DNA from: Patescibacteria group bacterium
Lineage (GTDB): Bacteria > Patescibacteriota > Patescibacteriia > XYB2-FULL-38-15
DNA length: 57,399 nt
Reading direction: 5' to 3'
Assembly: GCA_041737355.1 (NCBI GenBank)
Contig: JBGSRW010000004.1
Span: 1-57,399, forward strand
The translations under genes were made by a program, and so were the position numbers. Of this stretch, positions 17,881 to 27,634 are shown piece after piece; the stretch's first letter is position 1; every line of letters begins with the position of its first letter. The notes below the pieces were generated by a model. It was not told the origin of the DNA. It searched no databases and was given only the letters and a program-made list of their open reading frames with translations.

Positions 17881-18609
17881 ATGGAAAAGGTTCTTTTGAC
17901 GATTGCCACGATCTTCGCGGCTGGCTTCCTTGCCGGCTGCCCGGACGACGACTGCAACGACTGCAGCTGCGATCCGTCGCTTTGCGACGGAGGCGGCGAT
18001 GCCGACGCGGACGCGGATTCGGACGGCGACGTGCCGCCCCAGTACGGCAACCTCACCGTGACCTCGACCCCGCTCCAGGGCGCCGCGATCGAACTCGACG
18101 GCGACCCGAGCGGCCAGGTTACGGACCATTTGTTCGAAAATCTCGTGACGGGCGCGCATTCCGTACTCCTTTCGCTTGCCGGCCGGCTCGTGGTCTCCGA
18201 TGCCGGAGAACTCGGCCAGCCGACCGAAGTGAATCTAGCCACGGAAGGCACGGCCGTCAACATCGTGCTGTACTACGACCTTACCGGAAGGTGGAAGCAG
18301 GTAGAATCAAACGGAGCGCCTATCGACGGCCCGGAATACGACATGGAGATGGTGCACAGAAACACCGTCCCCTCCGGGATTTCTCCCACGAACGCCTGTC
18401 CGGAAACTTCGGTGGTCGTTCACGGGTTCGATCCCGCGAACTTCCTCTGCGTCGAAGCCGACGAAACTCTCTCTCTCTGCAAAACCCATGCCAGCGAGTG
18501 CGGAGACCTCTCGATTGAGGGCCGCATCCTTGACAACGGCAGACGGGTAGAATACACCAAGCACCAGCTCGGTGTCGATTACTCGGCCGTTTTCACGAAA
18601 ATGGACTGA
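17881..18609 (+). CDS. PEGA-domain lipoprotein (GC-rich, compositionally foreign)
   Basis: GGAGG lies 5 nt upstream of the ATG at 17881. Signal peptide with lipobox FLAGC, acidic linker DGGGDADADADSDGD, and a PEGA-like segment GNLTVTSTPLQGAAIELDGDPSGQVTDHLFENLVTGAHSVLL. Codon third positions are overwhelmingly G/C, unlike all neighbouring genes. Confidence 0.75.
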   Translation: MEKVLLTIATIFAAGFLAGCPDDDCNDCSCDPSLCDGGGDADADADSDGDVPPQYGNLTVTSTPLQGAAIELDGDPSGQVTDHLFENLVTGAHSVLLSLAGRLVVSDAGELGQPTEVNLATEGTAVNIVLYYDLTGRWKQVESNGAPIDGPEYDMEMVHRNTVPSGISPTNACPETSVVVHGFDPANFLCVEADETLSLCKTHASECGDLSIEGRILDNGRRVEYTKHQLGVDYSAVFTKMD

Positions 18610-18634
18610 CGCGTCAGTTCAAAAAAACAACGCA

Positions 18635-18673
18635 CCCCGTGGATCGCGAGGAACCACGGGGTTTTTTTATTTT
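18635..18673. terminator. Bidirectional intrinsic terminator between convergent genes
   Basis: Stem CCCCGTGG (18635-18642) pairs with CCACGGGG (18654-18661) around an 11-nt loop, followed by TTTTTTTATTTT. On the other strand the hairpin is followed by TGCGTTGTTTTTTT. It lies between the stops at 18609 (+) and 18690 (-). Confidence 0.7.
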
Positions 18674-18689
18674 AAAATTTTTATTCAAT

Positions 18690-21600
18690 TTATTTCGGCA
18701 CAACAATTACCTGCCCCTGGAAAGATGTCCAATGGTTAAATGTCGAGTCGTTCACATTACATTGGTTCGCAAACCCACCAGCATAACACCCGCCGGTCCC
18801 GCCTCTTTCACAACTTCCGTTGCACCATCCCCAGTTGTCTTTGATTTGGACTTTTGGTTTAAAGACACAACAGGAACCGTTTCTGTCTTGGGCGCCGTTT
18901 ACGTCTTCCGGACAGGAACGGTAGGCAAAACAGCCCAAATCATCATTTCCCCAAGTCGATACATCGCCGGTACAGGCAGGTTTGCCGATTCCGTCTTCGG
19001 GACAGGAATAAGTATGAGTGAACATGAAATATTGATCGGTGCAGGCCTGGTCCGACCGACCGAAATCCTCGTTGTCGCACCAAGATTCGTTGCTTTCTTT
19101 TAAACCAAGATGATTTTTGTATTTTCCCGGACGATTACGGATAGAATCGGACGATCCGTCGCTCCAGTTTGTTGAAACATCAACAATCGGCATGGTATTT
19201 TTATCGGCCCGGCCAAAGAACTGCATTACCGCGTAAAGTTTTCCGCCATAACCGACAACGTTGTGGCGCTCTTCAAGGCCCAACGGCGACAGACCGTTTC
19301 CGTCAATTCCGTTAACCGTTACCGTTCCAAACGCGCCTTGTTTACATTTTTCACCAATACATCCGCCAAGCGCGTAAATCTGCGGAACAATCGGCCAACC
19401 CTCGCCGGTTGACGATCCGGTCGGCGGAGTTCCTTCTTTTTTGGTTAAATCTATCGGCTCTATCGCAGCTGCGAGAGTTTCATACGCACCACGGCCCTCG
19501 CCGCCTTTTGTTTTCCACTCTTCAAAACCGTATGATTGGGCAAAAAGCTGGCTAATTCTTTGTTTGGCTAATTCTATTCCGCCCGGCTCTATCTGAATTC
19601 TTGCTGGCGGAGGATCTCCGTTCAAAACACAAGTACCTTCACACGAGCCTTCCTCTAAACTGCAATAATAAGCATAGCAATCGGAATTTCCCGCACATCT
19701 GTCACCGGTACCCGTACACTGACCTATTATTAGACCGAGATCGCCATGGCAAGAAGCGGTTGGCCCGGAAACAGAACTTCCCGTAGCAGAACAAAACCCA
19801 CCCGGATCGCAAGTCCCCGAAGAACAAGTTTTTGGCGACGGGTTACAAACCGTTGTTCCGTCGGGGCAACGTCTGGTTAAAGAATCGCAAGCCCCTCCTC
19901 CCGGACAGTCCGGAGTGCAGGTACGACCCGGGGTGCTTCCGCCCACGCATTTTTTGGTTGATGAATTACAGGTTCCCCCGGGACAATAAGGATTACAAGC
20001 TTCGTAACAAGTATAGTTCGTGCAGGAAACTCCGGGATTACAATTGGCAGCTCCGCTGCCGCCGCAAGCAGTTGTTCCCCTGGTGCAGGTCCCTGTTCCC
20101 GCAGGTAAAACCTGATCATCAATCCAGAGATACGGCCTTGATTCATTTCTTGTTTCCGAACCGCTCTTTGTCTGGTCGGCAATAACATATCCGGACGGAC
20201 AAGAACCGTCAGCCAACGGATTAGTCGTGAGTTTCATGCTTCGTTCGGCTACCGGATCTGTTGGATTTTTTATACAAGTTGGAACCCTGAGATTAGTTTC
20301 AAACAAAGACGCCCAATCGCTGTTGTAGCCAAAAGGAGTTTTCGGCGTAGCTTGACCATAATTTATTTCGGGATGGACAACTGCCGGTGAACTTGGAAAA
20401 ATTCTGTGGAGATTTTTTTCCGATTCCCAAACCCTACTTGTCCAGGCTTTATTCGTAACCTGAATGGGGTCGGGGCTTCCGGCAACTTTCACTAACTCCT
20501 TACACCCAAAATAGGAATTTTGATTAATCGTATAAGATTCAACTCCTTCTTTCTGGCAATCTCCCATGCCTTCGCCGCCATGAGCGGACGGCATCCAATA
20601 AGCCCGCCCAGCCCCTCCGTGGATAACGTAGGCATCAATCTCTCCATCACCAGCCGGATGATCTGAAGTGGGAAAATCAACCCTACGTTCAACCGGGAGA
20701 CCTAAATCGGTCTCCGGATTGCAGAGAGCCCCCGGCGTTCCTGGTGTAGCCGACGCATGCCTTGAGCGTTTTGGTACACAAACATAGGTTGCTCTGTTAT
20801 AGGTATATTCCGTACAATCGCTGCCCGAATCCTCGCATGGCCCCATGATTACCCACTCATTATCCAAATCACAGCATTGCCCCTCGTCGTTGCAGAAGGA
20901 GTGGCTTTGATCGAATCCGCATCGTAGGGCGTTGACCGCTTCGTCCGGATCGCTATCGCACCAGTTATCAGTTTTGCAAAGTGGTGGTAAAACCGCGGCC
21001 ATACCGGCTGCCGGACCGTTTGAAGCGCAGTATGGGTAGCCTCCCGCCGGACGAGTTGTTAATACTTTATAGGGCGCCGGAGTCAGGCAATAGCTTAAAT
21101 TAGTTCTCGAGAAACCGGCTTCGGCGTAATTGTTGTAAACATCGGGCAAGCCGGGCAATTGGTCAATCGGGTACCAAGTAAGACAGGAAAATTTTTCCGG
21201 ATCGCCGTTGATTGAAGTTGACATATCGCGTTCCAGACAATATCCTTGCCAGCCCTGGCTTGCGTCTTCTTTTTGTGCCGAAACGCATTGGCCACCGCCC
21301 GTAGTTGGTCCACAAGCGTCGGCTATCGGCACTCTTCTACCCAAACTATCAATTTTTGAACAAATCTTGCCTGGGGTCGGCCCGCCAACGCAAACCATCG
21401 GCAGATTATCAAATTCCCACGCGCCGGCAAAATATTTTGTTATTGCTCCGCCGCTATAGGAAACTTTTTTGTAATTGCATTCGCAGGCCTCGGCAAATTC
21501 CTGACAGTCTCCGGCCGCGCAGCGTCCGGCCGTTGTGTCGCCGGGGCAATCGGCATCGTCTGTACAAACTTCACCGATACTTGTTCCCCTGATACAAACC

Positions 21601-24600
21601 TTACTGCCGCAAGCCGCCCGATCGCTTGAAGAAGCGCAAACCGCGCCGGATTTTTCTCCGCCAACGCAAAGGAACTGTCTCTCACAGACATTGGCGCCGG
21701 AGAATCCTGATTTTTTACTCTTTACATCGGTTTCAGTTCCGGTTGTAGTATTTCTACTCCATTCTTTTACTACGCTCGTCGGAAAAGGAGAACTCTGCTC
21801 GGGATAAGCCCGGCAGGAAACCGTTTCCGGCTTTTCCGTAACAAGGCGCGGCACGCCGGGAGCCAAAGGATCTCCCCGGAAATTTGTTACGCAAAGATGA
21901 TTATAACATAAACCAGGTCCGCAAGCAGACCCGTTGGCCCGGCTGGCGCAATAACCCGGCGGATCTAATCCGCAGGAAACTGCCGTTCCGGCGGCGTTGT
22001 AGCAATTTTCGTCGACAAAAGCCAAAACATTTTTTGGATTGTTTTCCGTTCCGATATTCACCCCCCGCAAATCCGCCGCTTGGTATTGGTTATAAATTGA
22101 ATCGCCGGAATATTCCATTCCGCTCCAGGAAATATCGCGCGAAACGTATAAATCTTTAGTCAAAATTTCCCGGTAAGTTTCCGGCGGAGGGTCGTCAACC
22201 CAGCTAAGACACTTTGTCGCCTCGCCGGTTTTATTGTAGGAATTGCAGACGCCGAGCTGTTCGCAAAGAGTTTTCTGCCGCCCGGTCTGGGAATCAAAAG
22301 TTGAATTGGTGCTTGTGCAGTCAAGCCACTCGCCGCAAACCCGGTCTCGCCGGACTTTTAAGAGAGTGTTGGAATCGTTGACTTTTCCCGCCAGACGCGG
22401 TTCAAAAACAATCTTGTCGGGAGAAAAGACGGATAATAATAATATTGCTCTTATGGTCGCGGAACCGCCATGGCCCGGACTGTAAGAAAGGCGGCCGTCG
22501 GAGGAATAATTTGTAATCGTGACACAACCCTCGCCGTTGCTCACCGGCGTATCGGTTAAGAAATCGGCGGGGCAATCGCTATCCTGCCGGCAATAATCGC
22601 CAAAATGATATTCATCGTAACCGACGAAATGAACATTTTTAGAACATCTCCCGCAAAAAGGACTGTCTGGATTTTGAGCGCAATCAATCGGCGCGACAAT
22701 TCCGCCCGGATCGCCGACTTTCTTCTCTGAACTGAAATATGTCGCGTTGGCGCTGTAATTCAATTGCGTAACACTCGTATCGTTCAAGAGAACACACCCT
22801 TCGCGCTGGGAGGCCATACCATTGCAATTGCCCGGAGTTAATTTATCGTTTTTTATGTAGTAATAAGGCTCGCCTTCCTCACTTGTTTTGGTATCGGAAG
22901 GATCAATAAATTTGGTACACATATTTGCCGTTGCCAGACATTCCCCTACCCAGCCGGAATACGGACAAGTCCGCTTGCCGTAGGCAACAGTACAAGACGA
23001 ACCGGCAATACCGGTTGCCCCGCCCGTCCCAACGCTGCAAGAACAACCTCCCGCCGTCTGACAGACATTTGGCAAAGTGCATTTAATATCGCCGTTTTTC
23101 CAGATATTGTATGTTCCACCGTAAAAGGCGAACGGATCGCAAGGTTCAGCCGGCTCAACGCCTTTTTTAAACCATCCTGTTACGCTCCGACCGCTAACCG
23201 TAATATTTTCTTTCCATTCACAGGTACGCAGGCCGGGATCCTTAAAATACAATGTTCCGCCTTCGGTTGTCGCGTATTCTTCGCAGCCCTGGTATTGGAC
23301 TTCGCAAAGAATTTTTCCTGTTTCCAAATCGAATTTTGCCGGATCGGCTAAAAATGCAACTGTATCGTACTCTGGGTTGCCGTCTTCCCCCATTTTCACG
23401 TTTCCTGAGGCGTCGAGTTTTGGAGCGCCAAATGCCGCACAGCTTTTATTTTCCGCTTTGCATTTATAGGTATCGTCGACAATGATAAAGGCTAGTTCAT
23501 CGGCCGGAATTTTAACATTATCGGAAAGCTGTTCTTCAGGAGAAAGCGAGGGATCGGCGTCGTTCGACGTATTGAATTCTTCCGTTCCGGTTGCGGAATT
23601 ATTTTGCGTTTTAATCAGTTTTTCGCAGCCGGCCGCGTCCGGTGAGCAGAGCCGCGTGAAAGATTTCAAATAATGTTCGCGGTTGGCCCGGTCGCGATAA
23701 AGGGCGCAGCCAAGCTGGGCTTGCGGCAGGGCGCCGGAGACAATACATTCGTTCGTTTGGGCGTTCCATGATCCGCCGGCCGCCGAACAGTTGGCGGAAT
23801 TCGTTACCGCGTAATCGATAAGGAAAGTCCGGTCGCAGGAAGCCGGCGTATTCCAGGAATTTTTAACGAGATAAATATAATCCTGGACTTCGCGCAAAAC
23901 TATGTTGTCAACATAGGCCGCCATCGTCCCGCCTCTCGGGGTAATCTGTAATTTTTCGTCGGTCGCCGGATCCCAGGTAATATAAACCGGGCCGAGCGAG
24001 AAATACCGCCAGTCAAAAGAAAGTTCGGCGGTCGGGGTAGCCGGGTTTGTATCATTTATGCTGAAATATCTATCGGACGTGCCGGAAAATTTGATATCAA
24101 GCTTTGAATCGCCTTTGGCCCAGAAAGACAAGGTATAAATTCCGCCCTTGCGCAGCGAGCTTCCGAGGTTTTTTGCCGCCGTCACGTCGCGGGCTATGGA
24201 GAAAGATTTTTCGCCGACAGTCAGGGCCTCGGCGCTAATCGCGCCGCCGCTCCATCCGGCTGTTGCCGAATCGTCAAAATTATCGTTTGAAATTATCGCC
24301 ACATTGGCTCCGGCGTTGCCCCGGTATGCCCGGCATCCGACGGCCGCCTCGGAACAGGTCCGGGTTTCCGGCAGATAAACTTGATAAGTGCATTCGTTTT
24401 TAGTCGTATTCCATTTTCCGCCCGAAGTTCCGCAATCGGTTGCGTTGGAAATAGTTTTCCGGTAGGAATGGCAGTCGTCGGTCGCAATAATCGTTTTTGA
24501 ATAAAGGCGGTAATGTTTGTTACCAGCCGCATCGTAAAACTCTCGGCAATCGGGATTGGCCGCTAAATCTGCCTGAGCGCAAACTCCCGCTATTCCGTCA

Positions 24601-27596
24601 TCAGCGCATCGGGTAGAATCCGTCGGATCAAGTTTGGTACAAGGACCGCCCGCGGTTTCTCCCGCAGGAATAACCGGACCGCCAATTTTCAAATTCCAAT
24701 TTTTCAATTGATACCCGGAAGTATCGCTGCCTTCCCAAGTATAGAAAGTCGCCGACCCGGCGCTCGGTTTTTCGCAGCGGCGGATTGCGCTGAAATTGGC
24801 GACCGCTTCGGATTCAAGGCTCGTAAACTGGTCGCAACCCGTCTCGGTCGCGGAGCAAACCCGGGCGGTTGTCGGAATGAAATAGACCGGGAATTTTTCC
24901 TGCTCAAAATCGGTCGAAACCTGTTTGAAAGTCTGATAACCGACGCATTCCTGCGGGCAATAATCATCCGGATAGCTTGCCACGCCGGGGATCCAGGGAT
25001 CGCCGTTAGCCGGAGTAAATTTTTCGCAGCCGACATCTTTTTCTTCGCAGGCTTTGGCAAAATCTTTACATTCCTCGGCATCGTTGGTCTTTTTTATCGA
25101 ACCGTCAGAATTATAATCGTAGCAGGCATAATAATCGGGCGCCGATTTAAGATACAACGCTTCGCCCGTTCTTCCCCATCCTTCATGATAGGAAGAAGGC
25201 GCTCCGGCCTCCTCGAGCTGAACAGCTTCAATCTGACAATTGGCACCCAGATTGGTTATTTCAATTCCGATATTTTGATTCGTATCCCCTGCCGGAAAAG
25301 TATGGGTCGGTCCGGTAATTCTTTGGTAAGATGTGGAATTTTCAAAATTACCTCCCAGGGTAGACACCCCGCCGAAAGTAAAATGGTCGCCGGGTTCCTC
25401 ATCGCAATTTTTGGCGTAGAGACTAATGGTAAAAGTCCGCCCGCCGCGCGGCGCGCCCAAATTTATTGCCTGGGTGACCGTCCCGGTAAGCTTCATGGCC
25501 TTTTGCCCGAAATAAGTGTCAGAAGAAGATTCGGCCGTCCCGCCAACGACCGTCCAGCCGTCAAAAGCCGGCGGCGTTCCGGAAATATTTTCAAAGCTGC
25601 TGTTTGCGACAAGATTTAATCTTGAATCCTTGGTTGTCCGTAAAAATTCATTACAGCCCGGCTCGTCGCACTGGGTAATATTTTTGTTGAAGAAAATACG
25701 GTCAGGGCGGGTTGTTGTCAAGTCGTCCTGCCATTGCCAGACATCCGCCGCGTCTTTTTCCTGCCGTGTCGAATACCAGCGGCATCCGACGTCTTCCGAA
25801 GTGCAGGGCGGGCCGTTGTCAATCGTATTTATAAGATAAGAAGCCTGCTGCCCGTCTCTCCTCTTTAAGGCCCGGCAGGTATCGAATTGGGCGTCGCATT
25901 TGTCGCCGTTTAATCTCCAGATATTTTTCTCGCGGAGACAATTGGCCCATCCGCCTTCGCAATTTCCTTTATCGTCTTCGGCAATACAGGTCGGAGCGTC
26001 AACGCAAACCTCCTGGCGGAAACTGTTTTCCGCGGTCTGCAGGAGCGGACCGTAAACTTTGGCCCGGCATTGCTCCGGCGGAGCTTTTAAAATCCAATTC
26101 GGATCAATAAGATGGCAATAGGGATGCTCGGCGTCGGCCTTGTCTTCGGCGTTACAATCGTAAAATTTGGAAACAACTTCCCCAAGCCGCACCGGCCGGT
26201 CGGAAGTGCTTGAAAGCGCGGCGATTTCCCAGCCGATCGGAATAATTCTCGCTTTTCTCATCTTGACCAAATTGCTATAGCAATAACCGCCGTCTGGTGG
26301 ACCGCTGTAACAATACGGATCCTGATTACTCGCTTCGTCGGTCGGAGGAATTAATGGCCAATCAGCATGCAGAAGATCGCGTTTTGCGTCCATTGCCTGG
26401 GCAACCGTCAACGGCTCCCCGCTTTGGGCTTGCCGTACTGCCGCCTCAAATTGGCCGTCCATAACACAGTTGTTTTGCCCGCGGAATTTTTCCGGACATA
26501 CGACAAATTGCGCCAAAATATCAACCGCGCCGCCTTCTTTGATTTGCGGCGTCAGGAAATCGGCAAAAGCGAGTTCGGCCGCCTTCCGTCCGCCCCAAGC
26601 CGCTCCCTCTTCGTCGCGCACTCCTCCCCCGCCGCTTGAAAAAAGATCGGACAGGGAATACATACCCTTGCTGAAAAGCTGATTCATGGTTTTGGAAAGG
26701 AGGGTGTTGACGAAAGTTGAAACAAACTGCATTAAAATTCCTTCCGCCCCGGCCGACATAGCCTGGCCCGACAAACCGGTTTTCACATTTTCCGCGTCAA
26801 TCGGCCCTTTAGTCTGGATTTCCGAAGTCTGCCTGATTACTTCAGCCGGAGTTTTGACGTTTCCGCTGATAATTTCGCTGGCCGGTAAAAATCCCTGGCC
26901 TTCTTCTCTTGTCAGGCCGGCCGTTTCCGTAGCGCTTTTTTGCACGTTAAAAACGCCGGCAAAACCGGTCAAGGCCAAATCCATATCGTTGCTTCCCGTC
27001 CCGTAGCCGACCTGGAACTGCGAAGCCATCTGGGTTAAGAATTCCTCGGTTTGGACCTCGGAAACAAAAGATTCCCAGTTTGAAGAAATCTGAGACCATT
27101 CGCACCTTGGCGCTGGCGGATTTCCGCCATAAGTATCGGCTAAATTTAACTGCAAAGAAAGGCCGAGCTGGGGGTTTGGCGGAGCGCATAAATCAACTCC
27201 GAGCGAATCTCCAAAACTTCCGATAAATTCTCCGGCCGCGTCCAGAGCCGCGCTTTCAAAATAATCGCCCCAGCCTTCGGTGGAAAAAAGAGGCATTTCG
27301 CCGCCGCCGCCCGAAGCCAAGCTTACCGCCAAGTCATAGGCTATTTTTTGCGTAAATTGGGAAGCGGCGTTGATCATAGCCATGATCCCGCCGTTTACCA
27401 CAACAATTTTCAAAAAATCTTTTATATTTTTTACCGTTGTCTGAGCGCCGGTTACCGGATCGCTGACAACGAGCTGGGCGTTGGCCGGCTTGGCATATAA
27501 TAAAATGCCGCCCACAACCTGGGTCAGCAAAAAACACGCCAAAACAAAACTTATCGTCAATTTCTTTGGCGCGAATTTTTTCATCGTCATGGACAT
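18690..27596 (-). CDS. Giant secreted cysteine-rich surface protein (2968 aa) with CBM4/9-like jelly-roll modules
   Basis: One uninterrupted 8.9-kb ORF. N-terminal signal peptide (LLYAKPANA-Q). Two modules begin with the N-x-x-F-(E/D)...GW pattern typical of CBM_4_9-type domains (VANSSFENISGTPPAFDGWTVVGG and IISNDNFDDSATAGWSGG). Cys density is very high throughout, e.g. SCTNYTCYEACNPYCPGGTCNSSTKKCVGG. Confidence 0.85.
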   Translation of the reverse strand: MSMTMKKFAPKKLTISFVLACFLLTQVVGGILLYAKPANAQLVVSDPVTGAQTTVKNIKDFLKIVVVNGGIMAMINAASQFTQKIAYDLAVSLASGGGGEMPLFSTEGWGDYFESAALDAAGEFIGSFGDSLGVDLCAPPNPQLGLSLQLNLADTYGGNPPAPRCEWSQISSNWESFVSEVQTEEFLTQMASQFQVGYGTGSNDMDLALTGFAGVFNVQKSATETAGLTREEGQGFLPASEIISGNVKTPAEVIRQTSEIQTKGPIDAENVKTGLSGQAMSAGAEGILMQFVSTFVNTLLSKTMNQLFSKGMYSLSDLFSSGGGGVRDEEGAAWGGRKAAELAFADFLTPQIKEGGAVDILAQFVVCPEKFRGQNNCVMDGQFEAAVRQAQSGEPLTVAQAMDAKRDLLHADWPLIPPTDEASNQDPYCYSGPPDGGYCYSNLVKMRKARIIPIGWEIAALSSTSDRPVRLGEVVSKFYDCNAEDKADAEHPYCHLIDPNWILKAPPEQCRAKVYGPLLQTAENSFRQEVCVDAPTCIAEDDKGNCEGGWANCLREKNIWRLNGDKCDAQFDTCRALKRRDGQQASYLINTIDNGPPCTSEDVGCRWYSTRQEKDAADVWQWQDDLTTTRPDRIFFNKNITQCDEPGCNEFLRTTKDSRLNLVANSSFENISGTPPAFDGWTVVGGTAESSSDTYFGQKAMKLTGTVTQAINLGAPRGGRTFTISLYAKNCDEEPGDHFTFGGVSTLGGNFENSTSYQRITGPTHTFPAGDTNQNIGIEITNLGANCQIEAVQLEEAGAPSSYHEGWGRTGEALYLKSAPDYYACYDYNSDGSIKKTNDAEECKDFAKACEEKDVGCEKFTPANGDPWIPGVASYPDDYCPQECVGYQTFKQVSTDFEQEKFPVYFIPTTARVCSATETGCDQFTSLESEAVANFSAIRRCEKPSAGSATFYTWEGSDTSGYQLKNWNLKIGGPVIPAGETAGGPCTKLDPTDSTRCADDGIAGVCAQADLAANPDCREFYDAAGNKHYRLYSKTIIATDDCHSYRKTISNATDCGTSGGKWNTTKNECTYQVYLPETRTCSEAAVGCRAYRGNAGANVAIISNDNFDDSATAGWSGGAISAEALTVGEKSFSIARDVTAAKNLGSSLRKGGIYTLSFWAKGDSKLDIKFSGTSDRYFSINDTNPATPTAELSFDWRYFSLGPVYITWDPATDEKLQITPRGGTMAAYVDNIVLREVQDYIYLVKNSWNTPASCDRTFLIDYAVTNSANCSAAGGSWNAQTNECIVSGALPQAQLGCALYRDRANREHYLKSFTRLCSPDAAGCEKLIKTQNNSATGTEEFNTSNDADPSLSPEEQLSDNVKIPADELAFIIVDDTYKCKAENKSCAAFGAPKLDASGNVKMGEDGNPEYDTVAFLADPAKFDLETGKILCEVQYQGCEEYATTEGGTLYFKDPGLRTCEWKENITVSGRSVTGWFKKGVEPAEPCDPFAFYGGTYNIWKNGDIKCTLPNVCQTAGGCSCSVGTGGATGIAGSSCTVAYGKRTCPYSGWVGECLATANMCTKFIDPSDTKTSEEGEPYYYIKNDKLTPGNCNGMASQREGCVLLNDTSVTQLNYSANATYFSSEKKVGDPGGIVAPIDCAQNPDSPFCGRCSKNVHFVGYDEYHFGDYCRQDSDCPADFLTDTPVSNGEGCVTITNYSSDGRLSYSPGHGGSATIRAILLLSVFSPDKIVFEPRLAGKVNDSNTLLKVRRDRVCGEWLDCTSTNSTFDSQTGRQKTLCEQLGVCNSYNKTGEATKCLSWVDDPPPETYREILTKDLYVSRDISWSGMEYSGDSIYNQYQAADLRGVNIGTENNPKNVLAFVDENCYNAAGTAVSCGLDPPGYCASRANGSACGPGLCYNHLCVTNFRGDPLAPGVPRLVTEKPETVSCRAYPEQSSPFPTSVVKEWSRNTTTGTETDVKSKKSGFSGANVCERQFLCVGGEKSGAVCASSSDRAACGSKVCIRGTSIGEVCTDDADCPGDTTAGRCAAGDCQEFAEACECNYKKVSYSGGAITKYFAGAWEFDNLPMVCVGGPTPGKICSKIDSLGRRVPIADACGPTTGGGQCVSAQKEDASQGWQGYCLERDMSTSINGDPEKFSCLTWYPIDQLPGLPDVYNNYAEAGFSRTNLSYCLTPAPYKVLTTRPAGGYPYCASNGPAAGMAAVLPPLCKTDNWCDSDPDEAVNALRCGFDQSHSFCNDEGQCCDLDNEWVIMGPCEDSGSDCTEYTYNRATYVCVPKRSRHASATPGTPGALCNPETDLGLPVERRVDFPTSDHPAGDGEIDAYVIHGGAGRAYWMPSAHGGEGMGDCQKEGVESYTINQNSYFGCKELVKVAGSPDPIQVTNKAWTSRVWESEKNLHRIFPSSPAVVHPEINYGQATPKTPFGYNSDWASLFETNLRVPTCIKNPTDPVAERSMKLTTNPLADGSCPSGYVIADQTKSGSETRNESRPYLWIDDQVLPAGTGTCTRGTTACGGSGAANCNPGVSCTNYTCYEACNPYCPGGTCNSSTKKCVGGSTPGRTCTPDCPGGGACDSLTRRCPDGTTVCNPSPKTCSSGTCDPGGFCSATGSSVSGPTASCHGDLGLIIGQCTGTGDRCAGNSDCYAYYCSLEEGSCEGTCVLNGDPPPARIQIEPGGIELAKQRISQLFAQSYGFEEWKTKGGEGRGAYETLAAAIEPIDLTKKEGTPPTGSSTGEGWPIVPQIYALGGCIGEKCKQGAFGTVTVNGIDGNGLSPLGLEERHNVVGYGGKLYAVMQFFGRADKNTMPIVDVSTNWSDGSSDSIRNRPGKYKNHLGLKESNESWCDNEDFGRSDQACTDQYFMFTHTYSCPEDGIGKPACTGDVSTWGNDDLGCFAYRSCPEDVNGAQDRNGSCCVFKPKVQIKDNWGWCNGSCERGGTGGCYAGGFANQCNVNDSTFNHWTSFQGQVIVVPK

Positions 27597-27634
27597 AATT
27601 TTCCGAATCGCAAAACCAAAATTACAATTCTAAA

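Noticed and set aside
17688-18564. Long ORFs overlapping the PEGA lipoprotein gene in other frames: 17688-18263 (-), 17839-18159 (-), 17982-18518 (+) and 18307-18564 (-).
   Set aside because: Their translations are Arg/Pro/Ser/Gly-rich nonsense typical of off-frame reading of high-GC DNA. Only 17881-18609 has an SD sequence, a signal peptide with lipobox and a recognisable domain.
24708-25619. A 303-aa plus-strand ORF. Similar antisense ORFs occur inside long genes, e.g. 50003-50923 (+), 37630-38718 (+), 11026-11829 (+) and 15717-16292 (+).
   Set aside because: They are shadow ORFs antisense to well-supported genes (the giants, ftsZ, the 522-aa gene and the VirB6-like gene). Their composition is low-complexity, and they have no start context or motifs.
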